From NCBI GenBank assembly GCA_036867785.1, contig CP145421.1, positions 1,054,001-1,118,000 of the forward strand: 64,000 bases of DNA, read 5' to 3'. A model generated the notes under the pieces. That model made no database searches, was not told where the DNA came from, and saw only the letters and a program-made list of their open reading frames with translations. Position numbers and translations under genes: made by a program. This DNA is from Plasmodiophora brassicae. Its lineage: Eukaryota. Below, one piece after another: positions 38,172 to 50,800 of this stretch (position 1 is its first letter; every line of letters starts with the position of its first letter).

Positions 38172-40960
38172 GCTTAGGGTTTTAGTCTTGTGTGTATTAG
38201 GCGTAGACCACCCTTTTCCAACCGATGCCGAGCATAATACGATTGCCAGTGTCGTCTTGAGTAGGTAGATGAAGGGTCACATGATAGAAATAGCGCTACG
38301 CAGTGGCCGCCTGTGACGGACTGCGCAGTGCGGGTGGTGCGTGTCGATGCTGGCGGCGCCGATGGTCGTCGTCGCCAGCATGTCGCGATAGGCCTGGTGA
38401 TGGCCTCGTCGGCCGGATGAAAAAACCCATCCGGGCGTCAGACGCTGATCGGATGGGAAAAATCCGGCCGGGCATGAGCGATCGTCACGGTACCCGGATC
38501 CAGATCGGCGGGCGCCGCTCGTACCGCTTGCCGTTGCTGCCCTGGTCGCCGCCGTTGCCGTTGCTGCCCTGATCGTCGCCGTTGCCGTTGCTGCCATCAT
38601 CGTCGCCGTTGCCGTTGCTGCCATCATCGTCGCCGTTGCCGTCCTGGATGCGGAGCTCGACAGGTCCATCTTCGCCGCCGCCGTCCCCATCATCGCCGCC
38701 ATTGTCGTCGCCATTGTCGCCGCCATTGTCGTCGCCGCCATCACGACCCTGTCGCGGCCTGCACAGCTCGTCGATGTCCTTGAGGACAGTCGCGATCGCC
38801 GTCGCCACCGGTCTGGTTCGCTCGTCGAGTCGATACGCCGCCTCTGACGCTTGCTTCCTAGGTCGCCCATCATACGCCGGCGCTTGGATGATCGACGGCC
38901 GTGTCAGCTGGAGCAGGCAGGCGTCGATCGCGTTGTCGGCATCAGTCAACCACTTCAGATGCACCTCCGGGCGATACACATGCTCCAGCCGCTGCTGGGC
39001 GCCGACACAAATCGTACAATGGTATCGATTCGTCTCGTACGCCCCGTTGCAGTTCTGACATGGAGCAGGTATGCCCGGTAGGCGATTCGTCAGCCAGTTG
39101 GCGATCCGGTACGCGTCCGCCGTCGCTTGGAACGCGGTCGCGTGCGGTCTGTTCCACTCCTGCTTCTGGACCCGCATCAGTTTCGCACGCGCCCACGGCC
39201 GCCACGCCCGTTCCTGCAGCGCCTGGACCAGCGCGTCCCCGGGTCCGCCCTCGTTCTTGTCCGCCTCCTCCAATCGGGTGCCGTGCCTGATCTTCCACTC
39301 GCGCAGGTCCCTCACCCGGGCCTGCTGCCGCATCAGCGCCTGCACCCGCGACCAGACCGGGCACTTCTGCACGATCGTCGACAGCCTCGATGCCGGGTTC
39401 GCGAACATGGCCTTGGCGATCTTGCCGCTCATGGTCCTCGGGTACTCGTCGGCCTTCTCCTTCAGGTGGAGCAGGAACCCGCCACGTAGCTGTGCCTGCC
39501 GGATCGCCATCGGGACAATGCCGGCGTAGCGCATCATCAGGATCGACCCGTTGCGGTGGCCGCCGAGGAACTCGGCGCACGTTCGCATGACCCACGAGTC
39601 GATCTCCTTCAGCGTCGAGCTGCTGTGGTTGGCGATGCAGAGGCCGTACTCCAGCTGCGATCGCACGAAGCTCATAAACACCACGCGTTTCTTGCTCACG
39701 TTCAGGTGTTTCGTCTTGAAGCAGCCCGATTGGCTCAGCGCGAATAGCGTCGACCTGGCCTTCGCCGTCCTCGTCCTGAGTTGTGCCGCGTGATCGATCC
39801 GCCCGTTCTTCATGCAGACGCCCAGCAACTTCACGGCGCGATCCTCGCCATCGGCAATGGGTTCACCACCCAGCGTCAGGGTCGGCAGCGGCGGCAGCGC
39901 CGGGTGCTTCGGCACGCTCAGGACGCACTTGTTGACATTGTACCTATAGTGGTATTCGATCGAGTACTTGTGGCACTCGTCGAGCATTGCCTGCATAACC
40001 GCCGGGCGGTCAGCGCGGCAGAACAACGTCTGATCGTCAGCAAACGAGATAATGGGGATGCGAATCTTCACCAGTACTGGGCAGTCGGGGCCAGCAATCG
40101 CCCGGAGCCGTTCGTGCAGCGGGTTGACCAGCAGGTTGAATAGGTCGGGCGCATTGACGACGCCTTGAGCGACACCGATCGCCATTGGTATCGGTTCTTG
40201 TGCACGACCATCGACGAGCAGGACGACCGCGAACACGTCGAAGAGCGACTGCATGTTGGAGACGATGGTCGCCTCAGCTCCTCGGGACTCCAGCTCCCGC
40301 CAGATCAGCTCGCGATCCGCGTTGTCGTACGCCTTCCTGACGTCGAGCAGCGCCGCCATCAGCGGTACACCCTTCCTGGCGTACGTTTCCAGAAGCTCAT
40401 CAGCGACCCAGACGGCTTCGATCGGGCCAATCCGGCGCTGGAATCCCATCTGCAGCTCGTGCACCTGGTAGAGGCCCTTGTCGCGCATCAGCTCTCGAAC
40501 GCCGACTTCGTGCAGTTTTCGAATGTGGCTGGACATGGCCAGTCCTCGCCAGTTGCCCGGATGCCTCCGGTCTTCGCTCTTCTTCGGTATCGGCCTGGTG
40601 TAGCCGCGGTTCCACACCGTCGGCGCGACCTGGTGCGTCCAGCAGATCTCGCTGATGACGCTCAGCAGCTTCGAAGATGCCTCAGGGTGCGCCTTCAGCA
40701 GATCAGCGCACATGTTGTCCGGGCCCATCGCTTTCATCCATCGCGCCCGACGGATGCGACCCTCCACGCACGCCGCGTTGAAGTACTTGAGCTCAGCTTT
40801 GTCGACATCGTCTCGTTTCCTGGCAACGCGTCGCGATCGAGGCGGTTCGTGGCCCTCCGGTGCTGCGTACAGCTGCTGATAGTGCGAGACGTGCTCCTCG
40901 TCCGATGGGGCTTGCTGTTCGATCCCGTTGTTCATCGCTTGCGCCGATGGTAAAGTTTCA
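38172..40960 (-). mobile_element. LINE copy 3, 5'-truncated; open RT ORF with C-terminal CCHC-type knuckle and an acidic repeat tail
   Basis: WRGLAMSS, QMGFQRR, LLDVRKAYDN, GVAQGVVNAPDLFN, SFADD, LLGV; CQNC..YHCTIC. ORF 38485..41007. Confidence 0.92.
38524..38740. repeat. 27-bp (GNGDDDGSN) and 12-bp (DNGG/DNGD) coding tandem repeats in LINE copy 3
   Basis: About 4 x gccgttgccgttgctgccatcatcgtc-like units and 3 x gccattgtcg(t/c)c. Confidence 0.85.
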
Positions 40961-40964
40961 TTAC

Positions 40965-43570
40965 TGTCGTGGTAGGATGGTAGGAGGGTCACAAAAAATG
41001 CGCGCACTGCGCACTTTTGTGACCGCTAAGGCCTATGTACTTAGCCGGGCGGTGCAAGCAAACCGACGCATTGCCAGCTGGGAACGCAGGTAGGCCCGGA
41101 ACGCATCATCCAATTTATTGGGCCGGCTCCACACAACCGCACCCCTTCGAAAACCGGGAGTGTGAGAAGTTGGCCCCCCACTTGTCGACGAATTCGGGCA
41201 ACGACGAGGCGCAATGTTCGCGGTAGCACCGCAGTACTGGCGTCGCGACCTGATTGACGAACGTGCGGGCACGCTCGGTCAGGTCTTTCTTGCTGGCCGG
41301 CAGCGACGCCTCGATGGATAGAAGCAGCACAATCTTCTCCGACGAAGTCGAAAGCTTGGCCAGCTGTGAACGCCCAGGAAGATCGACATTACCGCCTCGC
41401 CTCGCGCGCCCCCGGTTGTCATCGTTCGGATCAGGTTGCGGCAGCGGCGGCGGAGGTGACAATGACGACGCCATCGGCGGTTGGACTGGGGGCGGGGCCG
41501 GTGGCTGCTGGATGGCTGGCTGAGATTCCGAATTGTTGAGTCGTTGGAGAACGACCTGGTTAACCAGCGACATCATCGTCTGTGCCAGCTGGGGCACATG
41601 CGTTTGAAGCAGTTGTTCCAATTGTTGAGACGCCGGCGTCTCAGGGATATCGCGCTCTGCCAGAGAGATGAGCTGCATCAGGGACACGGACGCCGGATCG
41701 ACCCGGAGCTGTGTCGCGACGTACGTCGATGCCAACCCGGGTATCGAGCTCGACTGCGGCGGGCACCTGCTATCGAGAGCGATCCGCCGAGCGTTGCGCA
41801 GGTTCTCCAGGAAGATCGGCTCCCACTTGGGCGTCAACGCCAGCACGTGGCTGTTCGTCCTGCGCGCCCGGGCCAGCAGAGCTTTCGAATCGCGGTAATA
41901 CAATTCCGCGTTCTTGAGCGTCTTGTGGCGCGCCGCTTGCCTGATGTGATCGAGGTCGCCACCACCCCAGATGGCGAACAGGTACGCCGTCTTGCGGATC
42001 GAGTGCGGGCCGTACCGGTGCATCGTGTCGTCGCCGACGACAGGCCTGCAAACACGAACGAACTCGGCGTTGAACTCGTCGTAGGACAATCCATCCGGGA
42101 ACGATTCGAACGAAGCGGCGCCTCGGTCGATCGCGTCAAGGTGTTGCTTCGTGCCGAAGACCAACCCGGACTTGATGCGTGTCCGAGACACCAGCGTGAA
42201 CAACGCCCGGATGGGGCATAGCTTCGGGTGCGAATCAAGCCGGTACAAGACCAGATTGACGGGACCCTCGGCCTTGGCCCTCTCCGACTTGCCGCAGACC
42301 TGCACGACGAGCTGATCGACGCGGTCCAGGTCGTCCTTGGCCGTCATCTCGAGCAAGAAATCTTCAAGCGCGATGTCGACGATCTCGTCGGCCCGCAGGA
42401 ACAGGTGGACGCCCAGCAGGATCGACACCCAGGTGGAATAGTCTCGGAGGGAGCCAGTCGCAACGAGCTGCCGCCTGATCTCCAGCACCTGGTCAGGCAG
42501 CAGAGCGAAGTTACCCTCTGCCTTGTACCCCTGCGTCTCGCGTTTCACCCATTGCTTGGTGTCGACCGCAACTTGACTCAGCACAGGATTGCCGCGCCGC
42601 CACAGACGTGGCTGTCCGACGTGATGAAAGCAGCCGAAAGACTGATTCGATCTCGAGAACGTCGCCCAGCATGTGTCGCAAGAATCATCATGCTGTCCAA
42701 CATGCAGGCCGCAGGCACTCGCTTGACGCGCCGCCTGGAACGCGTCCCAGCAGGCGTTGCACGCGTCTTCAAAGTTGCCACGTTGATCGCGCGCCGCATG
42801 CACCGCCGTAACGGCCGACTCGAACTGCTCCACGTTGCCAGGGCCATTCCACCCGCCTTGGCAGACGACAGGCTGCCCACGCCGATCCAGGACGGGCACG
42901 CCCGAGGCATCGACAAGCGGCGTCCCCTGGACGCCCCTCTTGAACCGAACAAAGTTCGATAAGGTCTTCGCACTCATTGACGGGCAGTGGTCAGATGGCG
43001 CATCGTCCTGCAGGACAAGCAGGCTGTCGTAGTCACCGACCAGGCAACAGTAGTACCTTAGTCCACGTATGTGCTTGCCGTAGGCATGCACCGAGTTCTT
43101 GGCCAGGGGCTTGCTCCCGGTGACAGGGCGGCTCGCTCCTTCCGAGACGCGAAGGCGGCGACGAACCAGGCCCAAACCGACAACGGCGTCCGCCCATAAC
43201 TCGGCGGGGACATGGTACTTGGCCCGGTTGCTGACACGGAACTGGGCCGCTGTGCGCGTTCGTTGCCCTCCAGACGATCGTGATCGACCCATGACGTCGT
43301 CGACAATGCGGTGTGGAAACCTGCGTGGGGATGCGTGCGGCGGTGCGCTTGGTTGTACCGGGAGGGGGTGGCGGCGCCGTCTGGTAGGATCCGTGGGTGC
43401 GGTAGGATCCGTGGTAGGACCCTGGTAGGACCGTTGGTAGGGACGATACACGGCGTATTTTGAGGTAGTATATAGTTATAAATACAGGATGATATGACAG
43501 GTGTATCCCTTGTCTTGGTTACGCAAAAAACTCCTGAGACCTCCCAAAAACAGCCGCGTTGTTTTTTGCT
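40965..43570 (-). mobile_element. Putative Crypton-like DNA transposon (boundaries approximate)
   Basis: The YR ORF is flanked by tggtagga direct motifs (40970-40985 and 43382-43442) and short inverted repeats (ggtcacaaaa..ttttgtgacc 40987-41024; gcaaaaaac..gttttttgc 43523-43569). Confidence 0.6.
41115..43292 (-). CDS. Tyrosine recombinase of Crypton type (intronless; probable start MGRSRSSGG at 43292, ORF open to 43451)
   Basis: Catalytic set R (LFLRADEI), K (GKSER), HxxR (GPHSIRKT), H (ARHKT), Y (AELYYRD). LCPIRAL motif; Cys/His-rich insert; C-terminal helical domain. No linked gag or RNase H, so not DIRS. Confidence 0.88.
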   Translation of the reverse strand: MGRSRSSGGQRTRTAAQFRVSNRAKYHVPAELWADAVVGLGLVRRRLRVSEGASRPVTGSKPLAKNSVHAYGKHIRGLRYYCCLVGDYDSLLVLQDDAPSDHCPSMSAKTLSNFVRFKRGVQGTPLVDASGVPVLDRRGQPVVCQGGWNGPGNVEQFESAVTAVHAARDQRGNFEDACNACWDAFQAARQASACGLHVGQHDDSCDTCWATFSRSNQSFGCFHHVGQPRLWRRGNPVLSQVAVDTKQWVKRETQGYKAEGNFALLPDQVLEIRRQLVATGSLRDYSTWVSILLGVHLFLRADEIVDIALEDFLLEMTAKDDLDRVDQLVVQVCGKSERAKAEGPVNLVLYRLDSHPKLCPIRALFTLVSRTRIKSGLVFGTKQHLDAIDRGAASFESFPDGLSYDEFNAEFVRVCRPVVGDDTMHRYGPHSIRKTAYLFAIWGGGDLDHIRQAARHKTLKNAELYYRDSKALLARARRTNSHVLALTPKWEPIFLENLRNARRIALDSRCPPQSSSIPGLASTYVATQLRVDPASVSLMQLISLAERDIPETPASQQLEQLLQTHVPQLAQTMMSLVNQVVLQRLNNSESQPAIQQPPAPPPVQPPMASSLSPPPPLPQPDPNDDNRGRARRGGNVDLPGRSQLAKLSTSSEKIVLLLSIEASLPASKKDLTERARTFVNQVATPVLRCYREHCASSLPEFVDKWGANFSHSRFSKGCGCVEPAQ

Positions 43571-43699
43571 GGCGGCCCCGGTGGCGTGCGGCGGTGCGGC
43601 GTGCGGTCGCCTGGGCGGATGCGCTATACACCATGGAGCGTGCGCCGTCCTCCGACGCCTCCTACACGAGGTCGCGATGCGCATGCCCGTTGGAGGGCG

Positions 43700-44640
43700 G
43701 TATACGGCACAGACGTGGAGTCCTCTCAACGTGAAGCAGGCGCCGACTCCATGGTGGGCGTCGCCCGCGACTGACTACTCGACGACGCTGCCGGTCGCCA
43801 ACGCCGCCTACTGCATCGTCGTCCACGCCCGCCGGATATGCTGTTGTGTTCAGCCTCGCACGTCGCAGGACGCCGACACCCTGACGCGCCTGTCTGCCGT
43901 GCCTGCACCCGCTGCGACGTCGCCGCAGATGGGCAGCACGGCCCAATGGACTCACGACGACCATATCGCGTCCTGCTGGACGCCTGCCGGCGTGCCCGAT
44001 CTGTCTGTGTGAACGCCCTGCAGTTGCAGCACTGGTACGTGTCGTCGTCTGATGCACAGGCGTGCAGGCCCTCTAACACGCTGGACAGGACGCACCTGCT
44101 GGCTGTCGCCTGCCGTCGTCCGTCCAGCATGAGCACCTGCCGGGTAGCTGTCATCGTGTCTTGGCGGGGCTGGTCCAGCATCGCGCCGGCATGCTCCTCA
44201 GCTGAGGCGGCGCGCTGGACGTTCGCCGATCGTTGCAATCGGTCGCGCGCGCCGCTGTCGTGCACCATGCGTTGATGGCGGACCGAGCAACCAAAGGTCT
44301 TCTCGCCGATGTCCCCGTCGGCCTGTCGAGCGGCACCTGCCTGCCCTGCAGGTCTTCCAGCAGGCAGGTGGCGCCCAGTGCCCGTTGCCGTTGATCGACA
44401 TGCGCACGCCTGTCTGCCGTCGACCACCCGCCGCCGGCGTATCGCCTCACCCAGATCACTACAAGCAGATTAGGTCGACACGCGCGAACGCCGGCCCTGC
44501 AGGTCGTCCTGGCGTCAGGCGGCGCCGGACGGCATCCTTTGCTGAAGTGGCCGGCGGTCGACAGCGCCGACGTCGTCCCTGCATGCGTGTCAAGCATGGC
44601 AGGTCAGACCAGACGAGCGATGCAGGCGTTTCGGGTGTCG
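43700..44640 (-). repeat. Well-preserved copy of the dispersed degenerate ~1 kb unit (possible decayed gene)
   Basis: Shares landmarks (ctgctggacgcc, gatgcacag..aggccctctaac, tccagcatgagcacctgc, ctcctcagctgaggcggc, cctgcaggtc.tccagcagg, caggtcgtcctggcgtcag, ggtcagaccagacgagc) with about 10 other loci. Confidence 0.75.
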
Positions 44641-44875
44641 CAGCATGCACGTGAGGCAGGTGATTGCGCTCGACTCCAAGCAAACGCGGTTCAGTACGTG
44701 TCAGAGCGGTCCTACTTCATTATCCCTGAGTTGTACTGCAGCGTGCGGCCTGGCAAGAAGGCGTGAGGTACAACTTCTCAACAACGCAAACGAATACAAC
44801 GTCTTTTACGGATCATATGTTCCACCATTCTTTCTACTGCATGGCCTGGCAGATGAACTCGACGATGGACAAGCT

Positions 44876-47800
44876 TTATTGCCTTCGCAGTGCGAAGCAC
44901 CTGTAGAACAGGAGTCGGTAGACCCGCTTGCTGAGCAAGTCGGCGACGTGCGCGTCGGAATACCCTTGCACGCGACTGGTGTCGCAGAACGCCCAGCCAC
45001 CACGTGCCTGCTTCACCCAGGACACGTAATGGCCTTCGTCGTGTCCAGCGACGTGGGCATTACCCCAGTGGTCGACAAGGCCGACCAACTGGAAATACGC
45101 ATCTCCAACTTGGAAGACCGCCTGTGGCACCACATCCTGCTCAAAGAAGAAATCAGATATGCCCAGGTTTCCATCCATCATCGTTGTCGGGCCGGCACGT
45201 ACCACCGCTGTCTTGCGCCGCGCCATACTGATGGTCTGACCATCGAGACCTGGCTCCTGGACGATTTCGATGGGATCCTGCCGCACCAGCATCACTTGGC
45301 CTTCCTCGACCTTGCCCTTCAACTGACGAACCGTCGTGCTTCGGTGCTCCACGTCCTGCCCGCGATTGCACGGCCGTTCAGCAGTGCACCTCCTGGCGAT
45401 CGTCGTAGTGTGCTCTAGGAGTAACGCGTCGGCGAGGGACGTTCGGCCGTGCGAACCACCCAGCATAACAACCGGGAGCTCGCAGGGCGGACGCCTAGTG
45501 ACATGGCCGCAGGTCTTGCACGCGTCGACGACATGCTCGACAAAGCCAATGATCGCTCTTTCGATCGGATGACCTAGGGCCCCGACAACCTCGTACGCCT
45601 GCATCTGCTGCAGCAGCTCCAGCGCGAAGTCGTCGGCATCGTGCTGTTGCCCGGGATCGAACGACCTCGTCGCCCGGTCAGCGTCGCTGATGGCCTTGAT
45701 GAGGTCAACCAGGATGTCGGACGCCGCGTTCAGATCCAGACGAGGGTTCATGACCTTATTGTACAGGTCAATCCAGGGCGCGGGGCCGGAGACACGTTCC
45801 CAGCCGGGCAATGACCGCAAGATCTGCACCGGTGCAATCGCGTAGCAAATAGATCGGCAAACGCCTGCCGCATCATTGTTCGATATGCCCGCTGGCAGTA
45901 ACGACCCAGCGTCACGCTCCTAAATGTCAATTTCAGCGCCGACTATGACAATTATGCAGTATACCACACCTGTGAAGGACTTTGTTCTTCTTTCACCGGT
46001 TCGCGGTTGACGCCTTGGGCGGGCCGGCTCGCACGTCCGCCAGGTGTACGTTCGGGTGCCTATGGTCAATGCGAGCGTGTTAGATGTTATCTTCGCCTGA
46101 GTACCGGCGATGTCAGTTTCGAACCAGTTTTGGCGCTGTGAAACGGCGGTTCGCATGTCCAGTCTGTGCCTACAGCAGGCGGACGGTCAGTAACGCAGTC
46201 GAGGCGGGGTACAAGGAATGCCAACCGAAGCAGGCGGCATGGTGCGCGTGTTAGGAGGGTCCTTGATCACAGTCGTCGACGTAACCGGCAGAGGCCTCTG
46301 CAACGTTCCGCCAGTTCAGTCTACATCCCGCTCGCATCACAATATAGCAACTGACCACAGGGCGTGTCGTCGTGCCACACAACTTTCGGCGCTTCGCACC
46401 CTGATGGCTTCGTTTCTTCTGTGGCACACATCCATCGTCAGTCTGCAAACGGCGTCCAACGCTGTCAACCTGGCTTTCGCGCGACGTCGACTGGCACAGC
46501 TCGCTGGTGTCCCTTGACGAGTCATCGCTGTCGTCTTCCGAGCTGGACATCGAGAGGGCGTCTGCAGCGGCCTGTTGGGAACGCAGTCAGTACAGTAATC
46601 CGTGATCAGCAAAGCAGCCAGCGACGAACGATTCGCCTGCGTTTGACTGCTGCGCGGCTCTGCAGGGTAACGGCGCGTCGACTGCTCCTCGTTCGACGCG
46701 TAGGTCCATCGCCGTCGGCAGCAGCGTCGTCGTCAACGGCCTCGTCAGCCTGGTCGGCTCGGTTCCCCCGGCGCTGGCGAATGGCGGCGACGTACGCGCC
46801 CACCATATCGTCGACGATGCCGCGAAACCTCGACGACGTCGCCTCTGCCATCGGCCTTGGTCGTGAGTCCAGGATCACCAGCTCGAAGGCGTTGACGAAA
46901 TAGGCATGTGCGTGCCTCGAGCTCAGGCCGATCTCGACGAGCGTGCGCCCCACAGCGCCGATCAGCGCGAGAGCGTGCTTGTAGGGGCGCCAATCGATGC
47001 GTGCAGCGCCGAACATCTCCAGTAAGTCGTCGACGACGAGGACATGCTCAGCGGGGTCACGAACGGCGTCGTTTCGACCGGCGCCGACATACGTCAGCAC
47101 GCCGGGGCCCAGCGCGCGTGCGTGATACACGAGAATCAGGATTTTTTCCGCCGTCGACCAAGTCGACAGGTCGACGGGAGACGGCCACCTGTCCTTGACG
47201 CCCTTGACAGCGGCGTGCACCTGCGTCGACATTGTCCTGTGGCCCTTGGACAAATGCACGACCGCGTCGACGCCCGCTGCCTGGACTAGCAGGCCGTTGT
47301 GCGGGTCGGCCAGGAACGAGCCCCAGTCGATCTTGGTGCAGGCGCCCCGCGCGTCCGGCGACGAGTGCAGGACGCCCTGGATGAGGGCCAGCGCCTCCCA
47401 TAGCCAGTGCCGCTTCTTGCTCCCCTGGTTTGCCGACGGGAGGGGTACGTCGCGCCAACTCTTGCACGCATCAAACAGCGTGACTGACCGTGGTGCCAGC
47501 GGCAACGTGCTCAGAGTCATCGGGTCAGACGACGCTGGCAGACGCACCACAGCCGATCGATCATGCAATGGCGGGACAATCATGACGACGTGCGCCAATA
47601 CGGCCAGAAAACGCGACGACGGCGCCCAGCGTCCATCGGGGCGAGCACGCATCGCTCGACGCTGAGCGACGGTCTTGGTCGCAGACCCCATCAGATCGGA
47701 CACATACTCATCGGTGATTTCGTCAGGAGGCGGGTCGACCAGGGCGACGAACGGATGGATGACGCGTCCCGACCAGCGGAGCAACAGCGTCACGTGGATG

Positions 47801-50800
47801 CCATCACGTCCCTGACGGTCCCTGGTTCTCTTGACGCGCTCCACCAACGCTTTCATCACGTTGTAATCGTCGTATCGTGATTCGGGTATGATGGACATCA
47901 CGTCGCGCCACAGGGCCCGGTGTGGCAACCGTTCGACGCCCGGCGACATCCAATTCGTTGCGATCCAGTTGGAAAAACTAACGGTTGGCAGCGACGACAG
48001 CGACGGATCGAGCGTCGATCCACGCCTGCCCAGGCGGTACAGGGCGTCCAGCGACCGCATGAAACCCGCGAACAGGTAATCGTGCTCCTGGTCCAGGTCC
48101 GGTCGATCCAGAGCATGCCATACCCCGGGCGCCAAAATCTTCCTCTTCGCCAACTGATCGTACGTATACGCAGCTTCAGTCTGCAGAAGGTTCAGAGCAA
48201 TGGCGTCCGGCGTCAGCATTGAGCTCAGCCCTGATGAGATGACCAGGAACCACGACTGGACCAGGTAGTGGAGCGCATGCCGGTTTCCTCTGACGGAGAT
48301 CCGCAGGACTGTCGACATCATGTCGACGTAGTCGAGGCTCTGAATGAAATTCATAAACTCGCCCTTGTTGATGACCAGGGCAAGCGGATCCATGTACGTG
48401 TCGTCGACGAAGAAGCGGCCAAACTGCAGAGACGAAGACACGTAGTCGAGAGGCGACCCGTTCGACAGCCACGGCCCGACATTGCTGTCCGGCGTGGCCC
48501 GGTGGTAGAACCGACCTGGGTTGATGGACGAGCCGTCAAAAACCGCATTGAAACAGTCTTCGAAGATCTGCAGCGCGTTCAGCGACCGCCGATCGATGTT
48601 GGACACGAAAGGAGACCGGCGACCGCGCTCCAGCCGGCGAAACATCGCGCGGTACATCTTGCGAGGGAACACGACATACTGCTCTAGTTTCCGCCGGAGA
48701 TGTGCCCAGACGGCTTCCGCGTCCAGCAGCAGGAACGTGGCATCGTCGTTGAACCCATCGGCCTCCTGCCACATGCTGTTGAAGCACGCATGGCGCATGG
48801 TCAGGTTAGCGACGTACTCAACGCGGTGCACGACAGGAACGCGTTCGGCGGCCATCTGGCGACAGAATCGGATACGCTTCCGCATCGCGTCCCTCACCGG
48901 ATTCAACGCCCGCTTTACGTCTTCCTTCTTGACCGGGCCGTACTTCCTAAGCGCGGCGGGCAACCCAGCGATCGACTTCCGGACCTTGCCCTTCTCGAAC
49001 GTAGCGCGGACGGCCGCGTTCAGGGTACCGATGTGGGCAAAGCGGACGGGGTCCACCAGAACGCGCCCACGATCCCGCGTGCGCTGCGACACGGTCGCGT
49101 TGTAGCACGAGCGCGCGGATGCCATAACGGAACTGCAACGTGACTTGCATCCACCGAACCCGGCGACCTCCCCGACCGGATAGTACGAGCTCTTGCGTGG
49201 CGCGATGCCACAGCCGACGTCCAGATCTCGCAGCGCTGAGTAGTCGCGGCAGACGGCAACGGCTGTGTTGTCGGGGAAGGGTTCGGCCGACACGTTGGAC
49301 CCGATGTCGAAGCGCGCGCAGTCCATTAACGTTGACGGCCAGAACGTTCGCAAGTAGCGGCGCACCTCGAGAACGTCGGCGACACACGTCATTTTCATCA
49401 ACGAGCGCACACCTAGCGCTTGCATCAACACCATGATGGAGCCGTCAAGCTCATCCTCAAGAGCCTCCAGGACAGCGCGGGCGGACGAAGGTGGCATAAC
49501 CACGGGGCGGCGGTGGGCCCCAAACTGGTTAAGGTAGTCGTTGATCTCGTCCGGCAGATCTGCTTGGCAGGCACTGAACGCAGCGGAAACCGCCCTGGAG
49601 CAGTGCTGCTTGAGGGAACGATGCGTCCAACGGGGTGCGGCAGCGATTAAGAAGATCGAGACATTTGCCATGGGATGGCAGTCAACCTGACCCAACAGGA
49701 ATCGCGGCAACTGCGCCACTGACCGCGACGCCTTCTCGTCGTCTCGCTGCACACGCAGATCGTGTACCGAGCTTCCCGTATCCGACTGACGTGCACGGTA
49801 GTTCCCGTACCTCTGCATCATGTGCAGGAAGGCAAACGATTTGGCTTCGTGCACAGGAAAGTGCTGCAGCCAGGTCCCGATCGAAGTCGTGATTGCTTGC
49901 AAAGAGTCGACGTCAAACACCGGCCGCAATCGCGGGCGACCCCCGTGAGCGTCTGAGGCGCGACGCGCCTCATCCGCCAGATCGAAGCGGAACCGGCCGC
50001 AGAAGGCCTCTTTCCTGGGGGATCCGAAGACATCCCAGAAGCGTTCGCCGGCGAATTCGTCGAGGTGTATGACCTCAAACGTGGACAGATCCATTGCTGG
50101 TGCACTAGCACAGGGCGGCGTCGACTGGCGGACGAGGTGGTCTACGGAGGGGTCGATGCGTTCGTCATCGCTTCCGTCGACATTGCTGGGGTCAGGGACG
50201 TCGCCGTCATCCATCGAATACGAAGAGTCAGAATCAGTTTCGACGTCGTCCCCGATTGCGTCGCCTGGGTCAGGGTCATCGCACTCGGAGTCTCCCACCG
50301 GATCCTCGCAATCATCACCGACTTCGTCACGCTCAGCGGCTTCGTGTGCATCCCTGATACGCTCCAGGTATTCTATTGTGCGGTCGTCCTCGTCCCCGTG
50401 TTCGACTGGATCTTTGTGCCCGGTGCACTCCTGCTTAGGCTGGCCATGTCCGTCGCAGACCATTATCATCGGGGCCGGCGCCCTTTCACAACTGACACGT
50501 ACCGCTGACGACGGCAGTACTTCGAGCCAGAGCATCGGCGAGCTGTTCCGCAGGTGCATCAGGGGTAGCGCTATTGTAGACAGTACCGCCAAAGCTGCCA
50601 CTCGTTTGACCGGCAACGAGTCGTCGCCCCTTCCTAACCGCTACATACGAAGTCAGAAACGTACAGGAACAAGGAATCGCAAAGGCTTACAGCAACGACG
50701 TCTGACGTGCCAAACCGCAAAGCGATGATGTGGGACCGCCGTCTGTCGATCAGAGGGTGGACGACGTCCCACAGGCAGCCGAACGGGACACCGTATTCGT

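Noticed and set aside
38485-43451. DIRS/Ngaro retroelement (RT next to YR)
   Set aside because: The RT is of non-LTR type and belongs to the same family as the APE-bearing copy 2. There is no RNase H or gag, so the adjacency looks like nesting.
45920-45922. Premature stop before the copy B USP Cys box
   Set aside because: The TAG is the acceptor of a 50-nt intron conserved in copy A, where it is CAG.
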